From an uncultured Planctomycetota bacterium (GTDB lineage Bacteria > Planctomycetota > Planctomycetia > Isosphaerales > Isosphaeraceae): 64,000 bases of DNA. The translations under genes and the position numbers were made by a program. Numbering within the stretch: the first letter of the stretch is position 1; each line of letters opens with the position of its first letter. This document shows, in pieces, positions 40,720 to 50,979 of this stretch. The notes below the pieces were generated by a model. The model ran no database searches. It was not told the origin of the DNA and was given only the letters and a program-made list of their open reading frames with translations. The stretch is from the NCBI GenBank assembly GCA_963845755.1, contig CAWJTV010000041.1:480001-544000 (forward strand), in the 5' to 3' direction.

Positions 40720-41877
40720 TCATTCATGAAGCGAGCTTTGGAGCATTTCGCGGCCATCCGCCGATCCGGAAGTAGACAGCGATCGATCGATCTCCCGGAC
40801 CGCGTCGTAGACATTGTCGATCTTTCCGCCCATCACTACGTGGTGATTCGGGATGCCATAGTGAGGCTTGTAGAGAATCGGACGGCCGTCGTCGATCTCG
40901 TTCCTCGGGAGGATCGTTTTGACCTCCCAGAGCGAGTCCACATATTCGCAATCCGCCAGGATGGGCAGATATTTTCGGGCATCGCGGATCATGTGAGGGA
41001 ACGCGGTCCGCTCCGACTCCCGGTCGAAACCGAAACGAGGTTTGTCGATGTCTCTCTCGCCGTCGAACCAGTGGTAGTGGGGTGTATACCGGACATGGCT
41101 CAACGTGTGGAGGCCACGCGGCGGGAACGGCATGCACGAGAAGAACGGGCCGCACATGATCGTGACACCCATGTGCCGGAGCGATTCGGGCACCCTCACC
41201 AGGCACAACTCCGCCATCTCATACTTGAGCGGGATGATCTCCAGGCCCGAGGAGCCGGTGATCTGATTAATCTGCGAGTACGCGCAATTGAATACCCTCC
41301 GGGCCCGGACGACCTCCCGGTCACCTTCCCCGCTCGAGAGCGTGGCCAGTATATCCCCGTCGCTGCAGGGGACCAACCGTTCCACGCGAGTCGAGCAGCG
41401 GATCCGGGCGCCCGAGGCTTCGATTCGCAGGCACATGTGGTCGCGAAGTTTTGTCGCATCGAAGGCACATTCTTCTGTCATGAACACATCTTCGACATAG
41501 CGGGCATCGAAGTACTTCCGGATGTCCTCGGGCGCCCGCTCAATAGGGGCCCCCATGATCCGCATGTACCCGGCGAACTGCGATGCCGTGACCTTCGAGA
41601 GCAGCCGGCTTATGGCGTAAATCGGCTTGAAGGATCGGTCCAGACAAGTAGGAAACTCTTCCACGAATCGGGAATAGTTCGCATGGGAGCGGCGTGCGGT
41701 GAGGAAGCTTCGGGGATAATGGTAACCGTTGTGAACGCGGGCCTGGTTATTGTACGAAGACCGCTGCATCAGGGATCGACCCTGCTCGCAAACCAGGGTG
41801 TTCCGGCCCTGCTTCGCGAAATGCTCCGCGAGGTAAAGGCCGAAGAAACCACCGCCGATGATGAGTGTGTCAAGCAT
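40720..41877 (-). CDS. FAD-dependent oxidoreductase (DAO-like) of a glycosylation cluster
   Basis: IIGGGFFG, S.NNQARVHNGYHYPRS, T.M.GPFFS.MPFP, DDGRP, GGKIDN. Confidence 0.85.
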   Translation of the reverse strand: MLDTLIIGGGFFGLYLAEHFAKQGRNTLVCEQGRSLMQRSSYNNQARVHNGYHYPRSFLTARRSHANYSRFVEEFPTCLDRSFKPIYAISRLLSKVTASQFAGYMRIMGAPIERAPEDIRKYFDARYVEDVFMTEECAFDATKLRDHMCLRIEASGARIRCSTRVERLVPCSDGDILATLSSGEGDREVVRARRVFNCAYSQINQITGSSGLEIIPLKYEMAELCLVRVPESLRHMGVTIMCGPFFSCMPFPPRGLHTLSHVRYTPHYHWFDGERDIDKPRFGFDRESERTAFPHMIRDARKYLPILADCEYVDSLWEVKTILPRNEIDDGRPILYKPHYGIPNHHVVMGGKIDNVYDAVREIDRSLSTSGSADGREMLQSSLHE

Positions 41878-42410
41878 GGCAGAATACTGCGGTTCACTCC
41901 GAGGAGACGCCAATCTTCGAAGGAGCGGGCGACCATGGTGCTCAGGACTTCTCGGGAGTGCGGAGGATTCGACCCGAGGCAAAGGCAATCTCACTGACGA
42001 TCCAACGTCCGAGACCCTCTATCGACGGCCTCGGCCTGAAACTCTTTGCCCTGAATCCGTTTCGGATCGAGCTCTTGGTCGGAGAGCAGGAACGTATAGG
42101 GAACGACCCGGACCCGGGGCGGCCCCGCTCCCACGCCCTGAATTCGCCCATCCAGGCGACTCGCTCAACTCGGGCTGGAGATCAGCCTGACCGGAAATCA
42201 GTCGGCAGTGCACCGAGTCGCGATCAGATCGACAGCAGCTTATGCTATGGGTAACCGCCTGAGAATCAATAGGTTGTGACGAAATAAACCTGTCTCAACA
42301 GGACAGCGCTCGTCTAACATATCACTCTCGGGCCGACGGAAACAAGACCTGATCGCGGTCGAACGAAAAACACAAGACTCAAATCAATTACTAAAAGCAG
42401 CATCCGTTGA

Positions 42411-43283
42411 TCACGTGGCTTCGCGCACAATTTCCCGGAGGTAAGCACCGTAGTCGTTGGGGATCCTGGCGGCCAGCCGCTCGACCTGCTCGGCGTCGAT
42501 GAAACCCATGCGATAGGCCACTTCCTCGATACACGCAACTTTGAGCCCCTGCCGAGATTCGATGGCCTCGACGTAATTGGCCGCCTGGATCAGCGACTCG
42601 ATCGTACCGGTGTCGAGCCAGGCGAATCCGCGGCTGAAGATCTCGACGCGAAGCTGGCCGCGGGCCAGGTACGCTCGATTCACATCCGTGATTTCCAGCT
42701 CACCCCGCGGCGAGGGCTTCAATCCCGCGGCGATCTCCACGACTTGATTGTCGTAGAAGTAAAGCCCCGTGACAGCGTGGTGCGACTTCGGTTGCGCCGG
42801 TTTTTCTTCGATCGAAAGGACGCGGCCCTCCGAATCGAATTCGACGACACCATAGCGCTCGGGGTCCTTGACCGGATAAGCGAACACCGTCGCGCCATCC
42901 TCACTCCGGGCACGCTGGAGCATCCCCTGGAACCCCTGCCCATAGAAGATGTTGTCGCCGAGGATCAGCGCCACCGAGTCGCCGCCGACGAACGAGGCAC
43001 CAATCAGGAAGGCCTGGGCCAGGCCGCCGGGGTGGGGCTGGACTGCATACGTAATGGAGATCCCGAGCTGGTTCCCATCTCCCAGCAGCTTCTCAAATCC
43101 GCCGATGTCGTCCGGCGTCGAGATCAGCAGGATCTCACGGATGCCGGCAAGCATCAGTGTTGACAGGGGGTAGTAAATCATCGGCTTGTCGTAGATGGGC
43201 AGCAACTGTTTGCTGACCGCCCGCGTGATCGGAAAGAGCCGCGTCCCTGCGCCGCCGGCCAGGATGATGCCTTTGCGAAACAT
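42411..43283 (-). CDS. rfbA: Glucose-1-phosphate thymidylyltransferase
   Basis: [58 protein letters not shown]. Confidence 0.97.
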   Translation of the reverse strand: MFRKGIILAGGAGTRLFPITRAVSKQLLPIYDKPMIYYPLSTLMLAGIREILLISTPDDIGGFEKLLGDGNQLGISITYAVQPHPGGLAQAFLIGASFVGGDSVALILGDNIFYGQGFQGMLQRARSEDGATVFAYPVKDPERYGVVEFDSEGRVLSIEEKPAQPKSHHAVTGLYFYDNQVVEIAAGLKPSPRGELEITDVNRAYLARGQLRVEIFSRGFAWLDTGTIESLIQAANYVEAIESRQGLKVACIEEVAYRMGFIDAEQVERLAARIPNDYGAYLREIVREAT

Positions 43284-43631
43284 ATGCTCAACCTCGCCGG
43301 GTTTTCAACCTCGATGGTTCTCAGGCGTCAGCTTCGATCGGCGATCGGCCGTCCTGGTGGTGGTCAAAGACCGCCCGATTGGACTGGCCTAGTGCTCGTG
43401 CATGTGTGATGAATCGATTCGTCGGGTGCACGAACCTGTGAAGCCCTTGGAAACGTAGCACAGGATGGCCGCCGAGTTCAAGCAACGTTCGGAAGCGCAG
43501 GGCGCTTGACCATGGAACGGCCCGCGCCTGTGGAGTCGATCGCGCCGAACATGGCTTGTCCGGTTTGATAGCGACGGAGTATCTTACAAGTCCTGATAAT
43601 GATTGCCCTTGGGGTCAATGGGTTGGTACGA

Positions 43632-44639
43632 ATGGACATACAGAAACCAATAAGACGGATTCTGGTGACGGGGGGATGTGGATTCATCGGCGCCAATTTC
43701 GTGCGGCTTGAGCTTCAGACCGACCCTTCCCTTGAGGTCACCAATCTCGATGTGTTGACTTACGCCGGCAATCCGGACAACCTGGCCGGGCTGGAAGGTC
43801 ACCCGCGTTATCGCTTTATCCGTGGTGACATCGCCGACCGATCGCTCGTGGTGCCGCTGGTGCGAGAAGGTGGCTTCGATGCGATCGTGAACTTCGCCGC
43901 CGAGAGCCACGTTGACCGCTCGATCGACGACGCGACGCCGTTCTTGCGGACCAATGTGATCGGGACCCAGTGCCTGCTGGACGCGGCCCGAGCGGCGGGG
44001 GTGTCGCGCTATGTCCAGGTCTCCACCGACGAGGTTTACGGAACCCTGTCGCCCGAGGATCCGCCGTTCTGCGAGACCACGCCGCTGACTCCCAACAGCC
44101 CGTATGCCGCCAGCAAGGCCGGGGCCGACCTCCTGGTTCGCGCCGCGCATCATACGTTCGGACTCGACACCGTCATCACGCGATGCTCGAACAACTACGG
44201 CCCCTACCAGTTTCCCGAGAAGCTGATCCCGCTGTTCATCACCAACGCTCTGGCGGATATTCCGGTGCCGGTCTATGGCGACGGCCGGCAGGTGCGTGAC
44301 TGGATTCACGTGCTGGACCACTGTCGTGGCGTGGGGGTCGCGATGCGGCGGGGCCGCGCCGGGGAGGTCTACAATTTCGGGGGTCAGAGCGAACGATTCA
44401 ACATCGACGTGACCCGCGCGATCCTCGAGCACTGTGGGAAGTCCGAGAGCCTGATCCGTCACGTGACGGACCGACCGGGACACGACCGCCGCTACGCGGT
44501 CAACTGGGCCAAGTCCCAGGACGAGCTTGGCTGGTGTCCGACCGTGCCGTTCGCGGAGGGCCTGGCCTCGACGGTGGTCTGGTATCAGTCCAATTCCGAA
44601 TGGGTCGTCCGTGTTCGCTCCGGAGCTTACCGTGCCTGA
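43632..44639 (+). CDS. rfbB: dTDP-glucose 4,6-dehydratase
   Basis: VTGGCGFIG.NF, FAAESHVDRSI, STDEVYG, PYAASKA, CSNNYGPYQFPEKLIP, DRPGHDRRY. Confidence 0.97.
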   Translation: MDIQKPIRRILVTGGCGFIGANFVRLELQTDPSLEVTNLDVLTYAGNPDNLAGLEGHPRYRFIRGDIADRSLVVPLVREGGFDAIVNFAAESHVDRSIDDATPFLRTNVIGTQCLLDAARAAGVSRYVQVSTDEVYGTLSPEDPPFCETTPLTPNSPYAASKAGADLLVRAAHHTFGLDTVITRCSNNYGPYQFPEKLIPLFITNALADIPVPVYGDGRQVRDWIHVLDHCRGVGVAMRRGRAGEVYNFGGQSERFNIDVTRAILEHCGKSESLIRHVTDRPGHDRRYAVNWAKSQDELGWCPTVPFAEGLASTVVWYQSNSEWVVRVRSGAYRA

Positions 44640-44690
44640 GCGGGAGCCCGGCCGTCCTCGTGTTCTGAAGCTCACGCGTCCGGAACTCTG

Positions 44691-45170
44691 ATGTCGTCCC
44701 TCGCCTTGATCGGACTGGGGAGCAACCTGGGAGACCGTCGCGCTGCGCTGGAGGGCGCGATCGCGGCCCTGGCCCGGACGCCGGGTGTGCGCGTGCGGGA
44801 CGTCAGCTCGTTCCACGAGACTGAGCCCGTGGGCGGTCCACCCGGACAAGGGAAGTATCTTAACGCCGCCCTCGTCCTGGAGACGGCGCTGGACCCGTTC
44901 GCCGTACTCCACCGGCTCCAGGAGATCGAGGCCCGCTACGGCCGGGTCCGGACCGTCCGGTGGGGCGAGCGGACGCTGGACCTGGACCTGCTCCTCTTCG
45001 ACGATCAGATCATCGACTCACCCGAGCTGATCGTGCCCCATCCGCGATATGCGACCCGGCGATTCGTCCTGGAGCCGCTGGCCGAGATCGCGCCGGAGGC
45101 CGTCGATCCCGTGACGAGACAGACGGTCGCCGACTTGCTCGCGAACCTTGGAAGCAAGGATGAAGGATGA
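44691..45170 (+). CDS. folK: 2-amino-4-hydroxy-6-hydroxymethyldihydropteridine diphosphokinase
   Basis: IGLGSNLGD, ETEPVG, YLNA, RWGERTLDLDLL, VPHPR..R.FVL.PL.EI. Confidence 0.95.
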   Translation: MSSLALIGLGSNLGDRRAALEGAIAALARTPGVRVRDVSSFHETEPVGGPPGQGKYLNAALVLETALDPFAVLHRLQEIEARYGRVRTVRWGERTLDLDLLLFDDQIIDSPELIVPHPRYATRRFVLEPLAEIAPEAVDPVTRQTVADLLANLGSKDEG

Positions 45171-45215
45171 AGGATGAATCCATTCGGTCTTGCTCATCCT
45201 TCATCCTTCATCCTT
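45156..45215. terminator. Heptamer (AAGGATG)x3 inverted repeat between convergent folK and gnd; possible bidirectional terminator
   Basis: Perfect 22-bp stem, 45156-45177 / 45194-45215. Confidence 0.6.
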
Positions 45216-45227
45216 TCCACGAAGCCT

Positions 45228-46241
45228 TCATCCTTTTTTCTCCAAGTGTCCGCCAAACGCGAATCGCATGGCGGAGAGCAGGCGATCGGCGTAGTCATCG
45301 GTCCCGCGCGAGCTGAACCGCTCGAACAGGGCCGTACTGAGCACGCCCGCGGGCACGCCCTCGTCAATCGCGGCCTGGAGCGTCCATCGGCCCTCGCCCG
45401 AGTCTGACACTCTGCCCGAGAAGTCGCTCAGGTCTTCGCCTTTCAGCAGGGCCTGCGCCGTCAGGTCGAGAAGCCAGGAGGCAATAACGCTCCCGCGCCG
45501 CCAGACCTCTGTGATATCGGCGAGGTTCAGGTCGTACTGGTAGAGCTCGGGCCGGCGCAACGGGGTGGTCTCGGCATCCACCTCTTCGGTTTGCTTGCCC
45601 ACGTTCGCGTGTTTGAGGATGTTGAGGCCCTCGGCGTAAGCCGCCATCAGGCCGTACTCGATCCCGTTATGGACCATCTTGACGAAGTGCCCTGCCCCGG
45701 CAGGACCGCAGTGGAGGTATCCCTGCTCGGCGGTGCCGGAAACCTTCTCGCGCCCCGGAGTGCGGGAGATGGCCCCTGCCCCGGGTGCCAGCGCGGCGAA
45801 GATGGGATCCAGGTGTTTCACCACGTCGGGCTCGCCGCCGATCATCAGGCAGTAACCGCGTTCGCGCCCCCAGACGCCGCCGCTGGTGCCGACGTCCACA
45901 TAATGAATCCCGCGCGGCTTCAGGGTCGCGGCGCGGCGGATGTCGTCGTGGTAGTAGGAGTTGCCGCCGTCGATCAGGATATCCCCCTTCTCGAGCCGGC
46001 CGGAGAGCTTCTCGATCGTCGAATCCACCACGGCCGCGGGGACCATCAGCCAGACGGCCCGCGGCGGCTTGAGCTTGCCGAGGAACTCGTCGACGCTGCC
46101 GCCGGCCATGGCCCCTTCCTTGACCAGCGGGGCGGCCGCCTCGGCATGGACGTCGTAGACGACGCATTCCTGCTGATGGGCCAGCAGACGCCGCACCATG
46201 TTCGAGCCCATCCGTCCCAGTCCGACCATCCCGAGTTGCAT
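45228..46241 (-). CDS. gnd: Decarboxylating 6-phosphogluconate dehydrogenase (short-chain type)
   Basis: [55 protein letters not shown]. Confidence 0.95.
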   Translation of the reverse strand: MQLGMVGLGRMGSNMVRRLLAHQQECVVYDVHAEAAAPLVKEGAMAGGSVDEFLGKLKPPRAVWLMVPAAVVDSTIEKLSGRLEKGDILIDGGNSYYHDDIRRAATLKPRGIHYVDVGTSGGVWGRERGYCLMIGGEPDVVKHLDPIFAALAPGAGAISRTPGREKVSGTAEQGYLHCGPAGAGHFVKMVHNGIEYGLMAAYAEGLNILKHANVGKQTEEVDAETTPLRRPELYQYDLNLADITEVWRRGSVIASWLLDLTAQALLKGEDLSDFSGRVSDSGEGRWTLQAAIDEGVPAGVLSTALFERFSSRGTDDYADRLLSAMRFAFGGHLEKKG

Positions 46242-46274
46242 TGGGGAACTCCTCAGATCTCACCAGTCGATGAT

Positions 46275-46706
46275 TCAAAAAAGGACGATGTGGACAGCCA
46301 TGGCCAGACCGACCAGCGCCAGGATTCCCGCCACGATCAGTGCGTCTGCAAGATCCCGCGGCGGATTCGGGACGCCATCCTCCAGGGCATGGATATAATT
46401 GCGATGGCGCACCGCAGCCGTCACGCAAACGTAAACCCCTACAATAACCATGCCGAAACCGAGCCAGGGCGAGACCGGCGGCCGCGCGATCGGATGCCCC
46501 GTTTCGACCTCGGCATATTCGCGAGTCCAGAAGGCGAACCGTGCGATCAGGAAGCCGAATCCCATCAAGGCCACGGAAGTGCGGACCCACGCCAGGAAGG
46601 TCCGCTCGGCCGCGAGGTAGATTCGCGGGTCATCGACCGCCCTGGGGCGCGTTGGCGACAACCCGGAGGTCGCCGAGCCCGGTCGGTCGTTGTCGTCGGA
46701 CTGCAT
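46275..46706 (-). CDS. YidH/DUF202 family membrane protein
   Basis: DPRIYLAAERTFLAWVRTSVALMGFGF. Confidence 0.9.
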   Translation of the reverse strand: MQSDDNDRPGSATSGLSPTRPRAVDDPRIYLAAERTFLAWVRTSVALMGFGFLIARFAFWTREYAEVETGHPIARPPVSPWLGFGMVIVGVYVCVTAAVRHRNYIHALEDGVPNPPRDLADALIVAGILALVGLAMAVHIVLF

Positions 46707-46877
46707 GAATCGCCCAGCGCTCCCGGGTTGTCGATGCGGATCATCCCGTGCGCAATCTTGGGCGAGCCGTGGCGCGGGTGTCAAGGTTTTGAACCTCGAC
46801 CGACCCTGTTCAGACGGCGCCGATTCGGATAAAACGATCCGATGGCAAGGGCTTGGACACCGTTGAGGGTAACTGAC

Positions 46878-48041
46878 ATGCGAGGGTTCACGATCTTCCG
46901 CCGTGCCAGCCAACTGGGGATGGCGGTCGCCCTGACCGCGGGATTGTGCGTCAACGCGTCAACGGCCGCCGAGCCGCGACTCAATCAGATTCAGGTGATC
47001 GGCAGCCACAACTCGTACCACCTCGCGCCGGCGCCGGCGGTCCTCCAGTTGATCGCGTCCACCGGCAAGGGCCGGGCCGAGGGGCTCGATTACACCCACC
47101 TTCCGTTTGCCGAACAATTCACCCGGCTCGGCATTCGCCAGATCGAGCTCGACGTCTTCGCGGACCCCAAGGGGGGCCTGTTTGCCGAGCCGAACCTGCG
47201 AAAGCTCCTCGAGAAACAGGGCAAAGAGCCCGGACCCGACCCCAACTCAGACGGACAGCTCCAGAAGCCCGGCCTGAAGGTCCTCCACGTCCAGGACGTG
47301 GACTTTCGCACTCATGCCTCGACATTCATCGAGGCGTTGAAGCAAGTCCGCGCCTGGTCGAAGGCGAACCGCCGCCACGTGCCGATCCTGATCCTGGTCG
47401 AGGTCAAGGACGAATCGATCTTCGGCCTGCCGACCCAGCCGGTCAAGTTCGGGAGTGCGGAGCTCGATCAGCTCGATGCCGAGATCCTCTCGGTATTCGA
47501 CCGGACGGAGGTCCTCACGCCCGACCGGGTGCGCGGCCGGTTTGAAACACTGCCCGAGGCGATCAAGACGCAGGGTTGGCCGCTGCTGGACGAGGTCCGC
47601 GGCCTGGTCATGTTCGCGCTGGACAATGAGAACGCGGTGCGCGAGCGGTATCTCGAAGGTCACCCTGCGCTCCGGGGCCGGCTGATGTTCGCCACGGTCA
47701 AGGAAAGCTCGCACCCCGCGGCCGCCTGGTTCAAGATCAACGATCCGATCAAGGACTTCGACCGCATCCAGCAGCTCGTCCGCGACGGCTTCCTCGTCCG
47801 CACCCGGGCCGACGCCGACACCAAGCAGTCGCGCACCAACGACGTGACCCAGCGCGACAAGGCGATGGCCAGCGGCGCCCAGTTCATCAGCACGGATTAT
47901 CCCGAGCCCGACCGCCGCTTCTCGGCCTATTCCGTCCGGTTTCCCAGCGCCTTCGTGGCGCGAGCCCAACCCGGTCAGCGGCGATCCGGCCTGGGGACGA
48001 ATCGATCTGGAGAGCGGCAAGCCCGGGTCATATACGGATGA
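46878..48041 (+). CDS. Secreted Ca-dependent PI-specific phospholipase C-like protein; extreme C-terminus possibly frameshifted
   Basis: Signal peptide; RLNQIQVIGSHNSYH, GIRQIELDVFADP, LVEVK, LVRTRADADT, SGAQFISTDY. Confidence 0.85.
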   Translation: MRGFTIFRRASQLGMAVALTAGLCVNASTAAEPRLNQIQVIGSHNSYHLAPAPAVLQLIASTGKGRAEGLDYTHLPFAEQFTRLGIRQIELDVFADPKGGLFAEPNLRKLLEKQGKEPGPDPNSDGQLQKPGLKVLHVQDVDFRTHASTFIEALKQVRAWSKANRRHVPILILVEVKDESIFGLPTQPVKFGSAELDQLDAEILSVFDRTEVLTPDRVRGRFETLPEAIKTQGWPLLDEVRGLVMFALDNENAVRERYLEGHPALRGRLMFATVKESSHPAAAWFKINDPIKDFDRIQQLVRDGFLVRTRADADTKQSRTNDVTQRDKAMASGAQFISTDYPEPDRRFSAYSVRFPSAFVARAQPGQRRSGLGTNRSGERQARVIYG

Positions 48042-48094
48042 GAGGTCGAAGTGAATCTCTGGCTGGGAATCCCATGGGTTGATAGGATGGGGTC

Positions 48095-48535
48095 ATGAAT
48101 GCCACGCTCGCCTCCAAAAAGGCCCTCAAGGCGAAAGCCGAGATCAGATGGTTTGCCCTCTGGTTCGCCGCCTTCGTCTGGGGCCTTGGGACCCTCTTCG
48201 GCACGGGTGTCCGCGGGAAGACCCTTCAACAAGCGAACTCCGACGCGACTGCCGCGGCCATCGCGGGGCTGGCCGCCTGGACGGTCTACCATATCGTCTC
48301 TCGTCGGAACAATGGTCTTTGTATGGTCATGGCGAGCCTACCAATGGCGTTGCAACCTCATCGGGGGATTGGGTTCCTGGCCACTCTCGGTATCTTGCTG
48401 GTCGCTCTGGTGCCGCTTGCCTGGTTAATTGGACAATTCGGTAGGCGGTTGGATTCGAAGGCCGAGTGCAGTGTCCCGGCATCCACTGATGCGATGTATG
48501 ACGCTGAGATGGACGGCCTGAAGAACGGAGAGTAA
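48095..48535 (+). CDS. Hypothetical four-TM membrane protein
   Basis: Hydrophobic segments; extended -10 TGATAGGAT 6 nt before the ATG; 3-nt gap to the next gene. Confidence 0.55.
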   Translation: MNATLASKKALKAKAEIRWFALWFAAFVWGLGTLFGTGVRGKTLQQANSDATAAAIAGLAAWTVYHIVSRRNNGLCMVMASLPMALQPHRGIGFLATLGILLVALVPLAWLIGQFGRRLDSKAECSVPASTDAMYDAEMDGLKNGE

Positions 48536-48538
48536 CCC

Positions 48539-48814
48539 ATGCAGCTCGACCGTGTCCGCGACGCGATCCGCCAGCAGCCATTCCGGGCCTTTCGGATCAC
48601 GCTGGCCAATGGCGGTTCGTATCTGGTCAAGCACCCCGAGTTCGTCGCGATGCCTCAGACCCCAAGGAAGAGGGATATTGTGTTCTACGGGGAAGACGGC
48701 GTGCACATCATCGATCTGGCACTGATCCAGGAACTGATCGTCGCGAGGAGCCGGCAGCATCGGCGGCAACAAAGCCAACTGATGAGGACAACGGTGTCTG
48801 ACGCGACCGGCTAG
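48539..48814 (+). CDS. Small hypothetical protein (QPFxxFxIxLxxG..V.HPE family)
   Basis: Motif recurrent in planctomycete small proteins; GGAGAG RBS. Confidence 0.72.
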   Translation: MQLDRVRDAIRQQPFRAFRITLANGGSYLVKHPEFVAMPQTPRKRDIVFYGEDGVHIIDLALIQELIVARSRQHRRQQSQLMRTTVSDATG

Positions 48815-48819
48815 CAGCC

Positions 48820-49914
48820 TCATCGTTCATAGATCGGCAAGAAGCGATAATTCAAGGCCAGGGCCAGCAACGAGAGCGACGTCCCGATGTCGTTGCCGAA
48901 CTGGCCCTGGAAGCTCCCGTCGGGGTGCTGGGCCTGTTTGAGCTGCCGGATGAGCAGCTTGTTCCATTTCTCCCAGGAGAGGATATCTCCCTGGAACAGC
49001 GCCTGGGCCTCGTAATAGCGGGCGTATTCCTGGTAGTTCATCGCGGGCTGTTCGATCCGCTCCTTGAGATAGGCGAGGGTGGCCTTGTACTGCTTGAGAT
49101 CCTTCCGGCGCGCCACGGAATACACCAACGTGGCGATCGAGCTACGGGCGAGCGAGTCGCCGAATCCGCCCAGGCCGCCGGAATACCCCACCTCGCCGCC
49201 GCCGGAGGTCATCGAGGTATAGTAAGCGATCGCCTTGTCGATGGACTCATCGGGGACTTCGACGCCGGCATTGCGGGCGGCGAGCAGGCCGACGAACACC
49301 GCGCCGCTGACGGAGGTATCCGCATCCTGGCCATCGGGCGAGTAGCGCCAGGCGCCGCTGGGATTCTTCTTCTGCGAGGTCACCGCGCAGCGGACGGCCA
49401 GCTCGAGGGCCTGGCCGATCGAGCGGGGCCCCTTGCGGTCGGGCCAGAGGTTGCGTTCGTCCACGGCGCCGTAAGCCTCGGCCAGCCCGAGCGTGGCAAA
49501 TCCGTGGTGGTACATGGAGTTGCCCATGAAGCCGGTCTCGGCGTCCTGGGCCGTGATGATGCTGCGGAGCGCCTTGCGGACGTTGTTGCTGTACGGTCCG
49601 AAGTTCGGATCCTCGCCGGAGGCCAGGAAGACCATCAGGCACATGCCGGTGATCCCGGGTCCTTGCTGCCCCCCCTGCCAGTCGCCCCGTTCGGTCTGGG
49701 TCTTGGCGAGATATTGCAGACCGCGGTCGTACATCTCCCGCACGTCGCGGGGGACGACCTCTCCGAATCGGGCGGTCGGGGGCTGGGCGAACGCCGAGGC
49801 GACCCAGCTCGCGAGCAATGCGGCCGAGACGCAACCCGCGGCGATCGCACCTAGCCGCACGGCCCGCGCCCTCGACCCGCGTGTTCCGGAAGATGGATTC
49901 GTCGTCCTCGTCAT
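48820..49914 (-). CDS. Exported prenyltransferase/squalene-oxidase repeat protein
   Basis: GLQYLAKTQ..RGDW, MYHHGFATL.LAE.YG, GAWRYSP..DADTSV, QHPDGSF, LPIYER; signal-like N-terminus; GGAGAGGAG RBS. Confidence 0.85.
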   Translation of the reverse strand: MTRTTNPSSGTRGSRARAVRLGAIAAGCVSAALLASWVASAFAQPPTARFGEVVPRDVREMYDRGLQYLAKTQTERGDWQGGQQGPGITGMCLMVFLASGEDPNFGPYSNNVRKALRSIITAQDAETGFMGNSMYHHGFATLGLAEAYGAVDERNLWPDRKGPRSIGQALELAVRCAVTSQKKNPSGAWRYSPDGQDADTSVSGAVFVGLLAARNAGVEVPDESIDKAIAYYTSMTSGGGEVGYSGGLGGFGDSLARSSIATLVYSVARRKDLKQYKATLAYLKERIEQPAMNYQEYARYYEAQALFQGDILSWEKWNKLLIRQLKQAQHPDGSFQGQFGNDIGTSLSLLALALNYRFLPIYER

Positions 49915-49930
49915 GGCGTCGCTCCTCTCC

Positions 49931-50914
49931 TCAGTTTCTTCGCGGCGCCGCGACCTTTGGCGGCTCGACTGTTGGCGCCGGGGGCCTTGGCACCGGACGG
50001 ACCAGGGGAACCGCCGGGATCATTATGCGATTACGAACGGGCCTCAGCACCGCTGGCTGCGCCGCGGGCTCATCGGCCGGGACGAAACCATTCTGCTTGA
50101 GCCACATCCCCATCCCCCGGACCTGATCGAGCTGCTGCTTCAAAGAGCGGTACTGCCCCTCCTCGAAGATGGGTTTGACCTTCGCCTCGGGCAGCGTACC
50201 GATCAGGTAGAGGATGGCGTAGTAGTCGTTCTGACCGAGTCTCCTGGGCGGCCGAGTCTCGTCGATCAGCACCTTGACGAGCCGCTCCCGCTGCGCGTCG
50301 GTGAATCCCACGTTGTTGTTCAGCATCTCCATCGTCAGGTCCACCCGCGCCTGGTATCGGTACAACAAGCGCTCGTGCACGACCTTCTCATGCTCGACGG
50401 CCTGCTCGGGGCTCAAGGTCGATTTGAGCGATTTCGCGAAGATCGACCCCTCCTCGAAGATCGCCTGGAAGGCGGTCTGGAGCACCTGGATATCCTGCCA
50501 CATCAACCCCAACTGGTTCTGGTCGTTCTTGACCGATTGGAATTTCTTCCGGATCTCCTCGACGCGATCGAAGTAGCGCTTGATGTCACCGCGTCCGGCC
50601 AGCAGGAGCTTCTTCCGCTGAAGGGGCGTCAGGCCGCACGTCCGCCCCAGGTCCTCCACGCTCAGTGTCAGGAGGGCATCGAGCTTGTTGCGGGCCACAC
50701 CGACGTTGGCCGTGCCGAGGTTGCCGAATAACCATTGATCGAACTGCGCTTCATTGAACTGGACGCCGCCTCGCAACTGTACAGCCTCCTTCTGCACCGC
50801 CTCGTCCTCTGCTGGGTCGTCCTGTGCCTGCGCGGCTTGACCGGCGCCCACCATCGCGACGATCGCCGCGGCTGCCAGCAGCCGGATCAGGGGGCGAGAC
50901 CAACAACCGATCAT
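49931..50914 (-). CDS. Secreted helical LTxxQ-like protein, paralog 1
   Basis: Signal peptide (AQAQ); GLTPLQRKKLLLAGRGDIKR, SIFAKSLKSTLSPEQ, DETRP, LPEAKVKPIF. Confidence 0.8.
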   Translation of the reverse strand: MIGCWSRPLIRLLAAAAIVAMVGAGQAAQAQDDPAEDEAVQKEAVQLRGGVQFNEAQFDQWLFGNLGTANVGVARNKLDALLTLSVEDLGRTCGLTPLQRKKLLLAGRGDIKRYFDRVEEIRKKFQSVKNDQNQLGLMWQDIQVLQTAFQAIFEEGSIFAKSLKSTLSPEQAVEHEKVVHERLLYRYQARVDLTMEMLNNNVGFTDAQRERLVKVLIDETRPPRRLGQNDYYAILYLIGTLPEAKVKPIFEEGQYRSLKQQLDQVRGMGMWLKQNGFVPADEPAAQPAVLRPVRNRIMIPAVPLVRPVPRPPAPTVEPPKVAAPRRN

Positions 50915-50979
50915 CGGGATTCCCCTCATTGTGCAAGCCATCCGCTCGACGACTCTGCGCGGACCTTTACTTCTTTCGC

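Noticed and set aside
41880..42410. ncRNA or JUMPStart/ops element before the glycosylation cluster
   Set aside because: AT-rich promoter-like region, but no recognisable motif or convincing structure.
48020..48060. Tail duplication of the prenyltransferase-repeat gene bounding the 48095-48814 genes
   Set aside because: Similarity to the ..FLPIYER* end is too weak to support by eye.
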